Below are positions 29,822-39,315 of a stretch of 64,000 bases of DNA, piece by piece. The stretch's first letter is position 1; each line of letters opens with the position of its first letter. This DNA comes from Caldisericota bacterium (GTDB taxonomy: Bacteria; Caldisericota; Caldisericia; JAAYUI01). Where the stretch lies: positions 192,001-256,000 of the forward strand of contig JAKPMO010000002.1 in the NCBI GenBank assembly GCA_029548865.1, in the 5' to 3' direction. The notes beneath the pieces are model-generated. The model ran no database searches, was not told where the DNA came from, and saw nothing but the letters and a program-made list of their open reading frames with translations. The position numbers and the translations under genes are program-made.

Positions 29822-30561
29822 GGCAGTCTCCCTGTGAGTATCATGCGCTGGGTCTGGAGTCCGTATGGTTTTCCGTCCCAGTCTCCAAGAAGTTTTATTT
29901 CCTGGAGGCCGCTTGCTTTTGCAAGCTGGATTATCTCTGTTGCAGTGTACATCCTGACGTGGCGTGTGTAGATTTTCTTTGTGCCGTTTTCAATGATTGT
30001 CCTGTTGCATTTTATCCTGCTTGTTTCCGGGTCAAACTTGTTTCTCTCAAGAATGATTGCCTCGTCCTTTGTCCTCCACTTCTCATGGATGAAGTTTTTC
30101 AGGATGTATTCCCTGTTTTCTAGGTCCATGAAGAATTTCCCGCCAGACCGCAGTGACCTTACCATCCTGAAGAAAATGTCCCTGTTTGTATCATCATCAA
30201 AGTATCCAAAAGAGACCCACAGGCAGCACGCAACATCAAACAGGCCCTCTTCCTGAAAATTTCTCATGTCCTGCTTGAAAAAGAATGCAGACACCAGACC
30301 GCAATCCAGCGCCTGCCGTGAGGCACAATTTATGTAGTAATCGTTGAAATCATAGCCAACAGAGAGGTAGCCCTTCTTTGCAAACTCGACCGTGTGCCTT
30401 CCGATGCCACAGCAGAAATCTGCAACTTCACAGGGGGGTGATATGCCAAGGACATTTTCTATGAAGGCAACCTGCGAAGAAGTCCTTTCCTCATCGACAG
30501 GTTCTAGAAAATATTTTGCATATGTTTCATCAAAGTAGTTATTTATCCAGTCCATTTTCAT
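29818..30561 (-). CDS. Class I SAM-dependent methyltransferase
   Basis: 'DFCCGIGRH', 'QDMR', 'SFGYF', 'LRSGG'. Confidence 0.88.
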   Translation of the reverse strand: MKMDWINNYFDETYAKYFLEPVDEERTSSQVAFIENVLGISPPCEVADFCCGIGRHTVEFAKKGYLSVGYDFNDYYINCASRQALDCGLVSAFFFKQDMRNFQEEGLFDVACCLWVSFGYFDDDTNRDIFFRMVRSLRSGGKFFMDLENREYILKNFIHEKWRTKDEAIILERNKFDPETSRIKCNRTIIENGTKKIYTRHVRMYTATEIIQLAKASGLQEIKLLGDWDGKPYGLQTQRMILTGRLP

Positions 30562-30644
30562 GCTCTAATGTAATTCCTTGCATTGCTAAATGCAACGAAC
30601 AGGCCGGTTGAAAAGAGGGACCACAAGCTATAATATCTTCTATT

Positions 30645-31985
30645 ATGCTTTCAGTTGAACCCAGACTTCCACCATTCGCGCTTGATATGGAACAGGCGAT
30701 ACTCTCGGGCATCATGATGGACGCTTCGGCGATCCCCCAGGTGACCGACTGGATAACTTCGCCTGAAGATTTCTATGAGCCACGCCATAAAATCCTGTAC
30801 GGAGCAATCCTTGAGCAGTATGAAGGTGGCAAACCTGTTGACTACCTTGCAATAGCAGAGAAGCTCAAGCAGGACAAAAAGCTTGAAAAAGCTGGCGGAA
30901 TCGAATATCTGTCAGAGCTCACAACGGCCCTGCCAACTGCCGCCGACCTTGGATACTACTCCCAAATAGTCAGGGAAAAATCGCTTCTAAGGAAGGTCAT
31001 CGAGGTTGGTGGAATACTCACGTCGAATGCCTATCAAGATGGTGTAAAGGCGGATGAACTCATCGACAGTGCCGAGAAACTCCTCTTTGAAGCGGCCGCC
31101 CACAAAAGCACTTTCTCGCACATCAGGGATTTGCTGGGCCCAGTATTGAAGAGGCTTGAAGCACTCTCAAAGACAAAAGCTGGCATAACGGGACTACCTT
31201 CAGGATTTTATGATCTGGACAAGCTTACTGCAGGGTTCCAGACATCTGATCTTATCATCCTTGCCGCGAGGCCTTCTGTCGGAAAATCCAGCTTGGGACT
31301 GAATATGGCGTGCAATGCCGCCTTGCGCTCTGGCAAACCCGTGGCCATCTTCTCGCTTGAAATGTCAAAAGAACAGCTCGTGGAGCGCATGATTGCCAGC
31401 GAGGCCAGGGTGAATGCTTCCGACATGAGAAGGGGCATGCTTGGTGATGATGCCTGGCCACGCATCGGCCATGTCATGAGCGAGCTCTACAATGCCCCGA
31501 TCTATATTGATGATTCGTTTGACCTCTCGGTCCTGGAGCTGAGGGCAAAGGCCAGAAAGCTAGCGAAAGAGGCCAATATAGGCATGATAATTGTGGACTA
31601 CCTCCAGCTACTCAGGACGCCACAGAAAACTGAAAACAGGGTGCAGGAAATCTCCCAGATGACGCGCTCGCTCAAGGCACTGGCAAGAGAACTAGACATA
31701 CCGGTTGTTGTGCAGTCCCAGCTCTCAAGGTCGGTGGAGCAGAGGCAGGACCGTCGTCCTGTCCTTTCAGACCTCAGGGAATCTGGCTCAATCGAGCAGG
31801 ATGCCGATGTTGTAATGTTCCTCTCGCACCCTGAAGCACAGAAGGAGCGCGATCTCAACATTATCGACCTTGTGCTTGCCAAGCAGAGGAATGGCCCGGT
31901 GGGCGTGATCAAGCTAAAATTTCTTCGCCAGTTCACGAGGTTCGAGAGCCTTGCCGCACCCGATGGGAACGATTTCGAAATCTGA
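30645..31985 (+). CDS. dnaB: Replicative DNA helicase
   Basis: 'AARPSVGKS', 'SLEMS', 'VDYLQL', 'DLRESGSIEQDAD', 'KQRNGP'; no intein. Confidence 0.97.
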   Translation: MLSVEPRLPPFALDMEQAILSGIMMDASAIPQVTDWITSPEDFYEPRHKILYGAILEQYEGGKPVDYLAIAEKLKQDKKLEKAGGIEYLSELTTALPTAADLGYYSQIVREKSLLRKVIEVGGILTSNAYQDGVKADELIDSAEKLLFEAAAHKSTFSHIRDLLGPVLKRLEALSKTKAGITGLPSGFYDLDKLTAGFQTSDLIILAARPSVGKSSLGLNMACNAALRSGKPVAIFSLEMSKEQLVERMIASEARVNASDMRRGMLGDDAWPRIGHVMSELYNAPIYIDDSFDLSVLELRAKARKLAKEANIGMIIVDYLQLLRTPQKTENRVQEISQMTRSLKALARELDIPVVVQSQLSRSVEQRQDRRPVLSDLRESGSIEQDADVVMFLSHPEAQKERDLNIIDLVLAKQRNGPVGVIKLKFLRQFTRFESLAAPDGNDFEI

Positions 31986-32012
31986 TGAACCGCACACCCC
32001 ACTTTTGCGTTT
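31986..32012 (+). promoter_or_regulatory. Putative ECF-sigma promoter
   Basis: TGAACC-N16-CGTTT just upstream of an ECF sigma gene. Confidence 0.5.
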
Positions 32013-32029
32013 GAGTTGTTGAAGGCACT

Positions 32030-32542
32030 GTGGGGATGGAAGATGAATACGAAAAACTTGTTTATCTGGCAAAAGGTGGCGACCAGGAGGCTTTTATCAG
32101 GCTTGCCGACTCCTGCAAGGAGAGGGTCGCAAAGATTGCCTTTTATGTCCTTGGAAACAGAGACGAAGCCGAGGATGTCGCGCAGGAGGCTTTTCTTAAG
32201 GCCTTTGTCGGAATCCGGAGCCTCAAGGACGGGGTGCCTTTTGACCTCTGGGTTTCCAAGATTTCCAGAAACCTTTCCATTGACAGGCTCAGAAAGAGAA
32301 GGCCACAAGCTGACCCTGTTGAGGAGTGGAGCAAAGAAAGCGAGCCAGAGACTATCTTGGACATAAGAAAGGCGATCATGGAACTTCCGGCGTTGTTCAG
32401 GCTCCCGTTGACCATGCTTTATTTTGACGACATGCCAACCGATGCAATTGCAAGGGTCCTTGGCGTCCCGCAGGGAACAGTGAAGTCCAGGATACACAAG
32501 GCCAAAGAGATGATAAAAAGGAGATTAGGTGGACAATTTTGA
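32030..32542 (+). CDS. ECF RNA polymerase sigma factor
   Basis: 'GDQEAF', 'EAEDVAQEAF', 'GVPQGTVKSRIHKAK'. Confidence 0.92.
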   Translation: MGMEDEYEKLVYLAKGGDQEAFIRLADSCKERVAKIAFYVLGNRDEAEDVAQEAFLKAFVGIRSLKDGVPFDLWVSKISRNLSIDRLRKRRPQADPVEEWSKESEPETILDIRKAIMELPALFRLPLTMLYFDDMPTDAIARVLGVPQGTVKSRIHKAKEMIKRRLGGQF

Positions 32543-32780
32543 GAACGAGGTAGGCAATGCTAGGCCGGGAATTGATATTCCAGGCCCATTTTTTATCCCC
32601 AGACTGAGGGTCGCACTTAAAAAGATTGCCGACGAAACAGTTGCCAACCCTCTGGGGGCGTGTGCCGGGTGCGCAATGGCAACCATATTGGTTGCGTTTG
32701 CTTTTCTTGCGGCAATAGGTCGTCTTGACCTTGTTCCCGACCTTGTCAGGACGATTGGAAATGTGGTGGGGATATCGTGA
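32529..32780 (+). CDS. Small membrane protein, candidate anti-sigma factor
   Basis: Overlaps the sigma stop; one TM helix. Confidence 0.5.
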   Translation: MDNFENEVGNARPGIDIPGPFFIPRLRVALKKIADETVANPLGACAGCAMATILVAFAFLAAIGRLDLVPDLVRTIGNVVGIS

Positions 32781-33364
32781 GGAAGTTTATTGGCCAGGCA
32801 AGGACAGCTTTTACTGATTTGACCTCTGCGATATCTAGTTCACCTTCGATTGGCGAGTCAATTGTTATCACACTTTTGCTCCAGATATTTTGTGTCGTCT
32901 TGCTTGTGCAGAACGCGCTTGGTCCCGATGCGACATCTGTTTCGCCGTTTCCCAGCCCGGTAGCCTTTTCTCTACCTGCCAGGATTGCTTTTTCTTTTTT
33001 GGTGCAGATTTTGTCGATATTGCTGCCAGTGCTGATTTTTCTTGGAAAAAAGGGGCTGTTGCTGTTTGCAGAAAATCTGGCGCTGATAAACTTTATTGGC
33101 TTTTGTGCTTGTGTTATTGGCCTCATCTACCAGTCGGTTTTCTGGCCAATGTACAAATTACTGCCTTTGACAGGAATTCTTGCAAAAGCAATTTATGAGT
33201 CGGTTTTCCTCGTTTATCCTGTTCTGGTTTTGTTCATTTTCAGGTATGTCCTGCTGTGGATGCTTGCTAAAAAAACCGGAGCCAGTACCTCCCGAATATT
33301 TCTTCTTGCCGGGTCATACCTGCTGATTGCGGCCGTGATGTCATTTGTCGGAGGCCTGATATGA
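32777..33364 (+). CDS. Multi-pass membrane protein (Yip1-like topology)
   Basis: About 5 hydrophobic segments; coupled to neighbours. Confidence 0.6.
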   Translation: MRKFIGQARTAFTDLTSAISSSPSIGESIVITLLLQIFCVVLLVQNALGPDATSVSPFPSPVAFSLPARIAFSFLVQILSILLPVLIFLGKKGLLLFAENLALINFIGFCACVIGLIYQSVFWPMYKLLPLTGILAKAIYESVFLVYPVLVLFIFRYVLLWMLAKKTGASTSRIFLLAGSYLLIAAVMSFVGGLI

Positions 33365-34878
33365 GAAAAAACTGGTGGGTCCTGCTTGTCGGGCTTGTGG
33401 TTTTTACTGCCGTTTACGCAATCTACTTCCCCCAGAGCCAGAAACCGCTCAGGCTTTCAGTGGATGCCATCTGGAGGGCCAGATGGCCGGCCGAAACTGC
33501 CCTTGCTTCGGCAAAGCCTTTCATTGCAACTGAAAAGGCGGTTTACAAAGTTGATGGCAATACCATTCAAAGGATCGATTATCCTGTGCAGCCCGAACTC
33601 CCTCAAGGGCTGTCTTGGGGAAAACCGAATATCCTGTCCATGAGCGTTTACGATGGTGAACCTGTTTTGCAGCTCAAGAACGGATTTTTGAGGTATTCAA
33701 AGGGTCAATGGACACCCTTTGAACAAACGGAAGATGTGGGAATAAGTGATGGCTGGGAAATTACAGACGGGACAGTAACAATTGGCGGAGAATCGGGGAT
33801 TATTATAGGAAAATCGGGCAGTGGTTTTGTTGAAAAAATTGAGAAGGAGAAAATATTTTTTCAGATCCAGGGCAAAAAATTCGAAGTTGCAGATGACAGA
33901 AACAGCCAGAACAAGGTTTTCTCCCCACCCCTGAGCGATGATGGGGAACTGAGAGGCGTTGTGGTTGGAAAGAACACTTTTATGCCCACAAAAGATGGCA
34001 GGATTTCCATAATGGCCGATGGCAAGGAAACAGGCGTCATTGATCGCGCAAATCTCGGCCTTGATATCGTACCGGCAAAGATTGCCTCTGACGGGGAAAC
34101 AATTTATGTCATGACAAGGGCTATTTATGGGTCTAGCCCCTCTTTCTGGGTGCAGGCGTATGACACCAAGGAGTTTAAATGGAAAGGTGAACTGGTGGCG
34201 TCATCTGGATCAAAGCCAGTATCTGTCGGTTTTTGCTCTGGAATGATTGTTGTTCTTTTTGATGATGGTCTGCTCTCATTCTACAACAAAGAGGGGTTTT
34301 CGCTTTTTAATGAAAAGGTTTGCGATTCACCGCTGGACATGGTTTCAGTTGGCGAAACCATCTATGTTCTCTCGTCAGATTCGCTGCTGTCAATTGCCGT
34401 CACGCAAAAGAGCGCACAAAATAGGATATGGCCAAGAATGGTTGATTTGGGGAATGTTGCTGGAGAGGCACGCTTCAAGGTAGGTGTTGAAGTTAGGGAT
34501 ACTCCAAACCTTGTTACAAAGGGCGATTTTGTAAAACTGGATTCAATCGAGAAAAAAGAAGGGTATTACGCAATCAATCTGGTTGCCAGGACAAAAGGCC
34601 TGGTTTCTTTTGAAGAGTATGAGGCTGACATCATAATTGAATCAGGCATTTTCAGGGAAATTGTGCCGGTAAAAATGGTCGCATCACCCAAAACCACAAA
34701 ACTTGAAGTGTTCGAGGGTGTGGCAATTGATGTTGTTGCTGGAAAATCTTACAAGACAGAGATTGAGGGTGAAACCCTGAAACTCGACATGGAACTGCCA
34801 AAATCAGGCGAAATCATTTATGATCCTCTCACATCCAGTGCTTTTGTCCTTGATGTCAGAAGAGGTTTGAAGCTCTAG
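33361..34878 (+). CDS. Membrane-anchored beta-rich hypothetical protein
   Basis: N-terminal TM, beta-propeller-like repeats; ATGA overlap. Confidence 0.6.
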   Translation: MRKNWWVLLVGLVVFTAVYAIYFPQSQKPLRLSVDAIWRARWPAETALASAKPFIATEKAVYKVDGNTIQRIDYPVQPELPQGLSWGKPNILSMSVYDGEPVLQLKNGFLRYSKGQWTPFEQTEDVGISDGWEITDGTVTIGGESGIIIGKSGSGFVEKIEKEKIFFQIQGKKFEVADDRNSQNKVFSPPLSDDGELRGVVVGKNTFMPTKDGRISIMADGKETGVIDRANLGLDIVPAKIASDGETIYVMTRAIYGSSPSFWVQAYDTKEFKWKGELVASSGSKPVSVGFCSGMIVVLFDDGLLSFYNKEGFSLFNEKVCDSPLDMVSVGETIYVLSSDSLLSIAVTQKSAQNRIWPRMVDLGNVAGEARFKVGVEVRDTPNLVTKGDFVKLDSIEKKEGYYAINLVARTKGLVSFEEYEADIIIESGIFREIVPVKMVASPKTTKLEVFEGVAIDVVAGKSYKTEIEGETLKLDMELPKSGEIIYDPLTSSAFVLDVRRGLKL

Positions 34879-35753
34879 ATTTCGAAGGTCATTTTTGGCC
34901 CAAGCACTGAGAGGACAGGTTTTTCGCACTTTATCAGAAAATTGAGCCATATTTTTTCGCCAAGCGGAATGCCTATTTTTGGTGGAAGAGGGCCCCTCAT
35001 TGGTATCTTTTTTCTGGACAACGTGCACTCCCATGGCAGGCCCTCTATCTGTCCGCACCTCATCACCCCAATGTCATCAACCTGCACCATCATGGAGTTG
35101 CCCTCCCTGTCTGCCCCGCAATATTCGCTATAGACTGGCAATTTAAGCAAATTGCACCACTTTTTGTTTTTGTCCAGCAACATCGCCTCGTAGACGTCAA
35201 TGAAGTAGTCGAACCTGTAAAAAGAGGGCAGGCCCTCAGACTCCGTCACTTTCGAGACGACAGTGCCATCCTCATAAAACCAGCACGTCTGCAAGACAGA
35301 AAACGAGTGGTGTGGAACAAAGAGCCCTCCGACGGCAAAACCTTTTGAAAATGGCACAACAAATGGCCCAAGCTTGCACCGTGATCTTGCCAGAATGTAA
35401 TTTTGAGACAGCATTCTGTGGTAGCCAAACATTGTCCCCGAGGAGTCAAGGTAAGCCTGTGTGACTTCAAGACCTTCCTTCTGGCTCACCCTGACCCTCA
35501 CCTTCCATCGTCCCAGCCTTTCCTGGTGGACTGTCGCCCACCTGCCTCCGTCGTCACGCACCATGTTCCCTTTTTTGCCGCATTCCCTGTCATTGCCAGG
35601 CGTGATGCTGTCAAAAAAACTCTCTGCACCACTTATTTTTTCCCCATGTACCGGGTCTTTTGAAAGGCCCCTTCGTAAGACTGAAAGGCAGTGCGAAGCT
35701 ATTCTGCCATTCAGGACGTATTCAAACTCAAAGAGGTTTGAAAGTTTTTCCAT
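34875..35753 (-). CDS. Hypothetical protein (start uncertain, 35753-35798)
   Basis: Long ORF filling the gap; no recognised motif. Confidence 0.45.
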   Translation of the reverse strand: MEKLSNLFEFEYVLNGRIASHCLSVLRRGLSKDPVHGEKISGAESFFDSITPGNDRECGKKGNMVRDDGGRWATVHQERLGRWKVRVRVSQKEGLEVTQAYLDSSGTMFGYHRMLSQNYILARSRCKLGPFVVPFSKGFAVGGLFVPHHSFSVLQTCWFYEDGTVVSKVTESEGLPSFYRFDYFIDVYEAMLLDKNKKWCNLLKLPVYSEYCGADREGNSMMVQVDDIGVMRCGQIEGLPWECTLSRKKIPMRGPLPPKIGIPLGEKIWLNFLIKCEKPVLSVLGPKMTFEI

Positions 35754-35877
35754 GTGGCAAATGATATTCATGGCATGTGACATCATTTTGTCACACAAAA
35801 AGGATTTTTTGTCGGTTTTATAATTTCGTAGGTTTAATTTGCGAAATTATTTTTTTGTGGGATTTTGGCTGACAAAA

Positions 35878-36336
35878 TCAAGCCAGAAGATTTTCTCTTG
35901 CGGCTATTTCCGAAATGATTTTTTGAAGGGATACTTCAACTTCGAGCGTCATTGTGGCCGAAAATGTCAGCACCTCTGTGACCTCTACCGCGTAGATTGT
36001 GAATCTGTCTGGTATCTTCAGCCCGTGGTTTTTGCCAATTTCAAGTGCTGTTGCAAAATTCACGTCGTGCAGATTGCTTGCGTGCCTTGTTTCCGAAAAA
36101 TCCTGGAGCGAAAAAACCATTAGCGTGCCTGGCGGCACCTGGCCGGTCATGATTGAGTCGATGAGCACGGCCTCGTCAAAGCCCTGCACCATGTCAAGAA
36201 GGGCAAGACCACCGGAGTTTGCCTCCATGAAAGTGGCCCTGCCCTCGTTTTTTGACCTTAAAGCCTCAAGGACCCTCAACCCTACTGCATCATCCGAGAG
36301 GATTGGGTTGCCGAGTCCTATGACAATTTTTGACAA
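35878..36336 (-). CDS. Hydrogenase maturation protease
   Basis: 'GLGNPILSDDAVG', 'IDSI', 'LHD'. Confidence 0.93.
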   Translation of the reverse strand: MSKIVIGLGNPILSDDAVGLRVLEALRSKNEGRATFMEANSGGLALLDMVQGFDEAVLIDSIMTGQVPPGTLMVFSLQDFSETRHASNLHDVNFATALEIGKNHGLKIPDRFTIYAVEVTEVLTFSATMTLEVEVSLQKIISEIAARENLLA

Positions 36337-37839
36337 TTATTTCCTCAGCGTTTGTGTGATTTCGCCGTTGCTGTTATGAACCCTGACCTCCAGTGGCATC
36401 TGGCCAGGGAGCGAGTGTGTGGCGCATGAGAAGCATGGATCATAGGCCCTGAAGGCCATTTCCACCATGTTGAGGATGCCATCGGAAATCATGCCGTCCT
36501 TTATGAGTCCCCTTGCGGCTTTTGCTGTGTCGATGCATATTGCACCGTGGTTGAAGGCTGTTGCAACAATCATGTTTATTTTTGTGACCATGGCGTTTTC
36601 GTCGGACTCGTAGTGGTGGATGAGTGTTCCCCTTGGTGCCTCGACAATCCCCATCCCGACCCTCTTGTTTGTGGTCGGTATGTTCCTGACTTTTGGGTCA
36701 GTTATCTGGTCGTCGGAGAGCAGTTCAACCAGCCTCTCACAGGCATAGACCAGCTCGATGACCCTTGCCCAGTGGTTTGCAAGGCTGAAATGCACCGGCG
36801 CGCCACCCAGCGTGTCCATGAACCTCTGCCACTCTGCGTTTGCCAGTGGTGTTGCCATTCCCTTCGATACGTTCAGCCTAGAAAGTGGAGCGACCCTTGT
36901 CAGCCCAGATTCTGGGCCGTCTGTCAGGCCTTTCCATCCAATTTTCCTCAGATACGGGAATTTGAGGTAGCTCCATGGCATTACCTGTTCTGCTACTTCC
37001 TCCAGGTAGTTTTTGGCCTCAAATTTGGTGAATTCCTTGCCCTTCGGATCAATGACCCTGACTTTTCCGTCGTAAAAATTCGCGTGGTTGTTTTCGTCCA
37101 CAAGGCCCATGTGGTAGCTTTCGTGGTAATACAAATCTTTGTTGGTTATGATGTCGAGGTATGCCTTGTTGGAAAGAACCACTGCTTCGAGGATTTTGAC
37201 AGTTTTTTTGGCAAACTCCAGCAGTGTTTTTGCCTGTGAGAGCATCTCGGCGCGGTCTTCCTTGGAAATTGGCTTGCTGATTCCGCCTGGAAGCCCGAAG
37301 ACTGGATGGGTCGCTCTTCCGCCGATCCTGGCCTGAATGTCCTGGGCCATGACCCTTGCATGAAGGACCTCTGCGCCGAGTTCCCTGCCAACAGCCTCGA
37401 TTACACCAACAACATTTCTTTTTGATGCCGGTGCTCCAGGGCCGCGAACAAAATCTGGTGCGCCGAGTGCATAGAAGTGGGAGATGTGGGAATGTATATA
37501 ATGTCCGCAATATGCGGCCTCCCTGAGCATCTTGGCCGTTTTTGGTGGGTCGACATTAAACATCATGTCCAGGGCCTTTGATGATGCAAGGTGGTGCGCC
37601 CATGGGCATATTCCGCAAAGCTGGGTCACTATGCGTGGCAGTTCTTCAACCGGCCTGCCTTTGCAAAACTCCTCGAAACCCCTTAATTCCACGATCTGGA
37701 AGAAGCACTCGTCAACATTGCCGAAGCTGTCGAGGAAGATCTCTATCTTTACATGTCCGTCGAGCCTTGTTCCTGGGGAAATTGTTATCTGGTTGGTTTC
37801 AGCCCTGTGTTTTTCATCAAAGATGATTGGTTCTGCCAT
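36337..37839 (-). CDS. mvhA: [NiFe]-hydrogenase large subunit, group 3c (MvhA-like)
   Basis: 'RGFE', 'CGIC', 'VEAPRGTLIHHY', 'RAYDPCFSCATH' plus cleavable tail. Confidence 0.92.
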   Translation of the reverse strand: MAEPIIFDEKHRAETNQITISPGTRLDGHVKIEIFLDSFGNVDECFFQIVELRGFEEFCKGRPVEELPRIVTQLCGICPWAHHLASSKALDMMFNVDPPKTAKMLREAAYCGHYIHSHISHFYALGAPDFVRGPGAPASKRNVVGVIEAVGRELGAEVLHARVMAQDIQARIGGRATHPVFGLPGGISKPISKEDRAEMLSQAKTLLEFAKKTVKILEAVVLSNKAYLDIITNKDLYYHESYHMGLVDENNHANFYDGKVRVIDPKGKEFTKFEAKNYLEEVAEQVMPWSYLKFPYLRKIGWKGLTDGPESGLTRVAPLSRLNVSKGMATPLANAEWQRFMDTLGGAPVHFSLANHWARVIELVYACERLVELLSDDQITDPKVRNIPTTNKRVGMGIVEAPRGTLIHHYESDENAMVTKINMIVATAFNHGAICIDTAKAARGLIKDGMISDGILNMVEMAFRAYDPCFSCATHSLPGQMPLEVRVHNSNGEITQTLRK

Positions 37840-37844
37840 TTTGC

Positions 37845-38864
37845 TTATTCCTCCGCGTCCTCAACGGCCTCGTTGATGATTGCATTTCCAAAGGTGTATC
37901 TGTAGAAGGTCCCAAGTGGGTCGGGAACCTGTGCAACGATCTTTTCCAGCTCATCATCGGTCATATCCAGCTCGTGGTCAGTCATGTCCAGTATTGACCC
38001 AAGGGCCGAAAGCATTGAAGCACCCTGGTCCAGGACGAGCCCGGTCGGGCCATAGCATCCCCTGCATGGCATGTTGCCGACTTTTGTGCACTGGGCGCCA
38101 CAGCCAGCCCTTGTTGCAACACCAAGGCAGATTATGCCCTGTTCAAGGAAGCACTTTTCAGGATCAAGCTCGATTTCGTAGGGCCTGTTGATCTTCTTGA
38201 TGTTGTATTTTTCAGGTTTTACCCTCGGACACTCTTCGCAAAGGGTCTTTTCTGATGCAATTATTGCACCTTTTGGCGGGAGCGGTGTTCCTTTTGTGAC
38301 GTGGCTGTGCACTGCCCCGACAAAGGTTTTTATGGTTGATACGGCAGGCGGGCAACCAGGAAGGTAGTAGTCAACGTCAATGATTCTGTCCATCGGGACT
38401 ATCTTTTGTTCTGCCTCTGGCAGTGTGAGCGTCCTCCCAAGGGGTGTTTTCCACTTGTGTTGTGGTGTTGCACCCTCTGGGTTGACTGTTGATGCTGTAT
38501 CTTTTCCGTAGACAGTTTGCCATATTTTGCCCATTCCACCTTTTACGGAATTGGCAAGCGATGGTATTCCACCGAATGCTGAACAGGCGCCAAAAGCCAC
38601 CATCAGCTTCGATTTCTTCCTGAGCAGTTTTGCAAGGTGGACGTTTTCTTCATCTCTCATGGAGCCGTGCACCAGTGAAGCAGTGATGTATCCGTCAGGC
38701 ATCTTTTCGAGGTCTTCGTATTTGGTGTCGACGTAGGTCTGGGAGAACACTATGTCGGCTATGTCGAGAAGGTCGAGGAGCATCCCGTCAATGTCGATTA
38801 TGGCCATGTCGCAGCCATCGCATGTGGCAGCAGTGGCAATGGCAAGTCTAATTTTTTCAGACAT
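37845..38864 (-). CDS. mvhG: [NiFe]-hydrogenase small subunit (MvhG-like)
   Basis: 'CDGC', 'GACSAFGGIP', 'PGCPP', 'CFLEQGIICLG...CRGCYG'; no Tat signal. Confidence 0.92.
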   Translation of the reverse strand: MSEKIRLAIATAATCDGCDMAIIDIDGMLLDLLDIADIVFSQTYVDTKYEDLEKMPDGYITASLVHGSMRDEENVHLAKLLRKKSKLMVAFGACSAFGGIPSLANSVKGGMGKIWQTVYGKDTASTVNPEGATPQHKWKTPLGRTLTLPEAEQKIVPMDRIIDVDYYLPGCPPAVSTIKTFVGAVHSHVTKGTPLPPKGAIIASEKTLCEECPRVKPEKYNIKKINRPYEIELDPEKCFLEQGIICLGVATRAGCGAQCTKVGNMPCRGCYGPTGLVLDQGASMLSALGSILDMTDHELDMTDDELEKIVAQVPDPLGTFYRYTFGNAIINEAVEDAEE

Positions 38865-39315
38865 GGGCCACTTCCTTTCTTTCATTCTCTTCCATGAGCC
38901 TGGTTCTTATTGGCGACATCCCAAGCCTGTCAATCTGGGCGGAGAAGTTTCTCATTGTGTCGGCAAATTTCTGGCCTTCAGATGCAGAAATCCATTCCAG
39001 GGCGAACCTTTTTGGGGATATGCCGATTTGTTTGAGCATCATTTCAAGGAGTTTTATTCTTCTCCTCTCCCTGTAGTTCCCGGATATGTAGTGGCAATCT
39101 CCAGGGTGGCACCCGGCCACTATCACACCATCGGCGCCTTTTGCAAAGGCCTTCAGGACAAGTTCCGGGTCGATTCTTGCGCTACACATTGTTCGAATCA
39201 ACCTGAAATTTGTCGGCATCTGGAACCTTGATACACCTGCAAGGTCGGCACCGGCATAAGTGCACCAGTTGCATGAAAGAACGACAATCAGGGGTTTGTT
39301 TTTTTCTGCGCTCAC
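38857..39315 (-). CDS. mvhD: MvhD [2Fe-2S] subunit
   Basis: 'CNWCTYAGAD', 'MCSARI', 'GCHPGDCHY', 'WISASEG'. Confidence 0.95.
   Translation of the reverse strand: MSAEKNKPLIVVLSCNWCTYAGADLAGVSRFQMPTNFRLIRTMCSARIDPELVLKAFAKGADGVIVAGCHPGDCHYISGNYRERRRIKLLEMMLKQIGISPKRFALEWISASEGQKFADTMRNFSAQIDRLGMSPIRTRLMEENERKEVAHV

Noticed and set aside
31598..32497. 299-aa minus-strand ORF
   Set aside because: Antisense to dnaB and the ECF sigma gene
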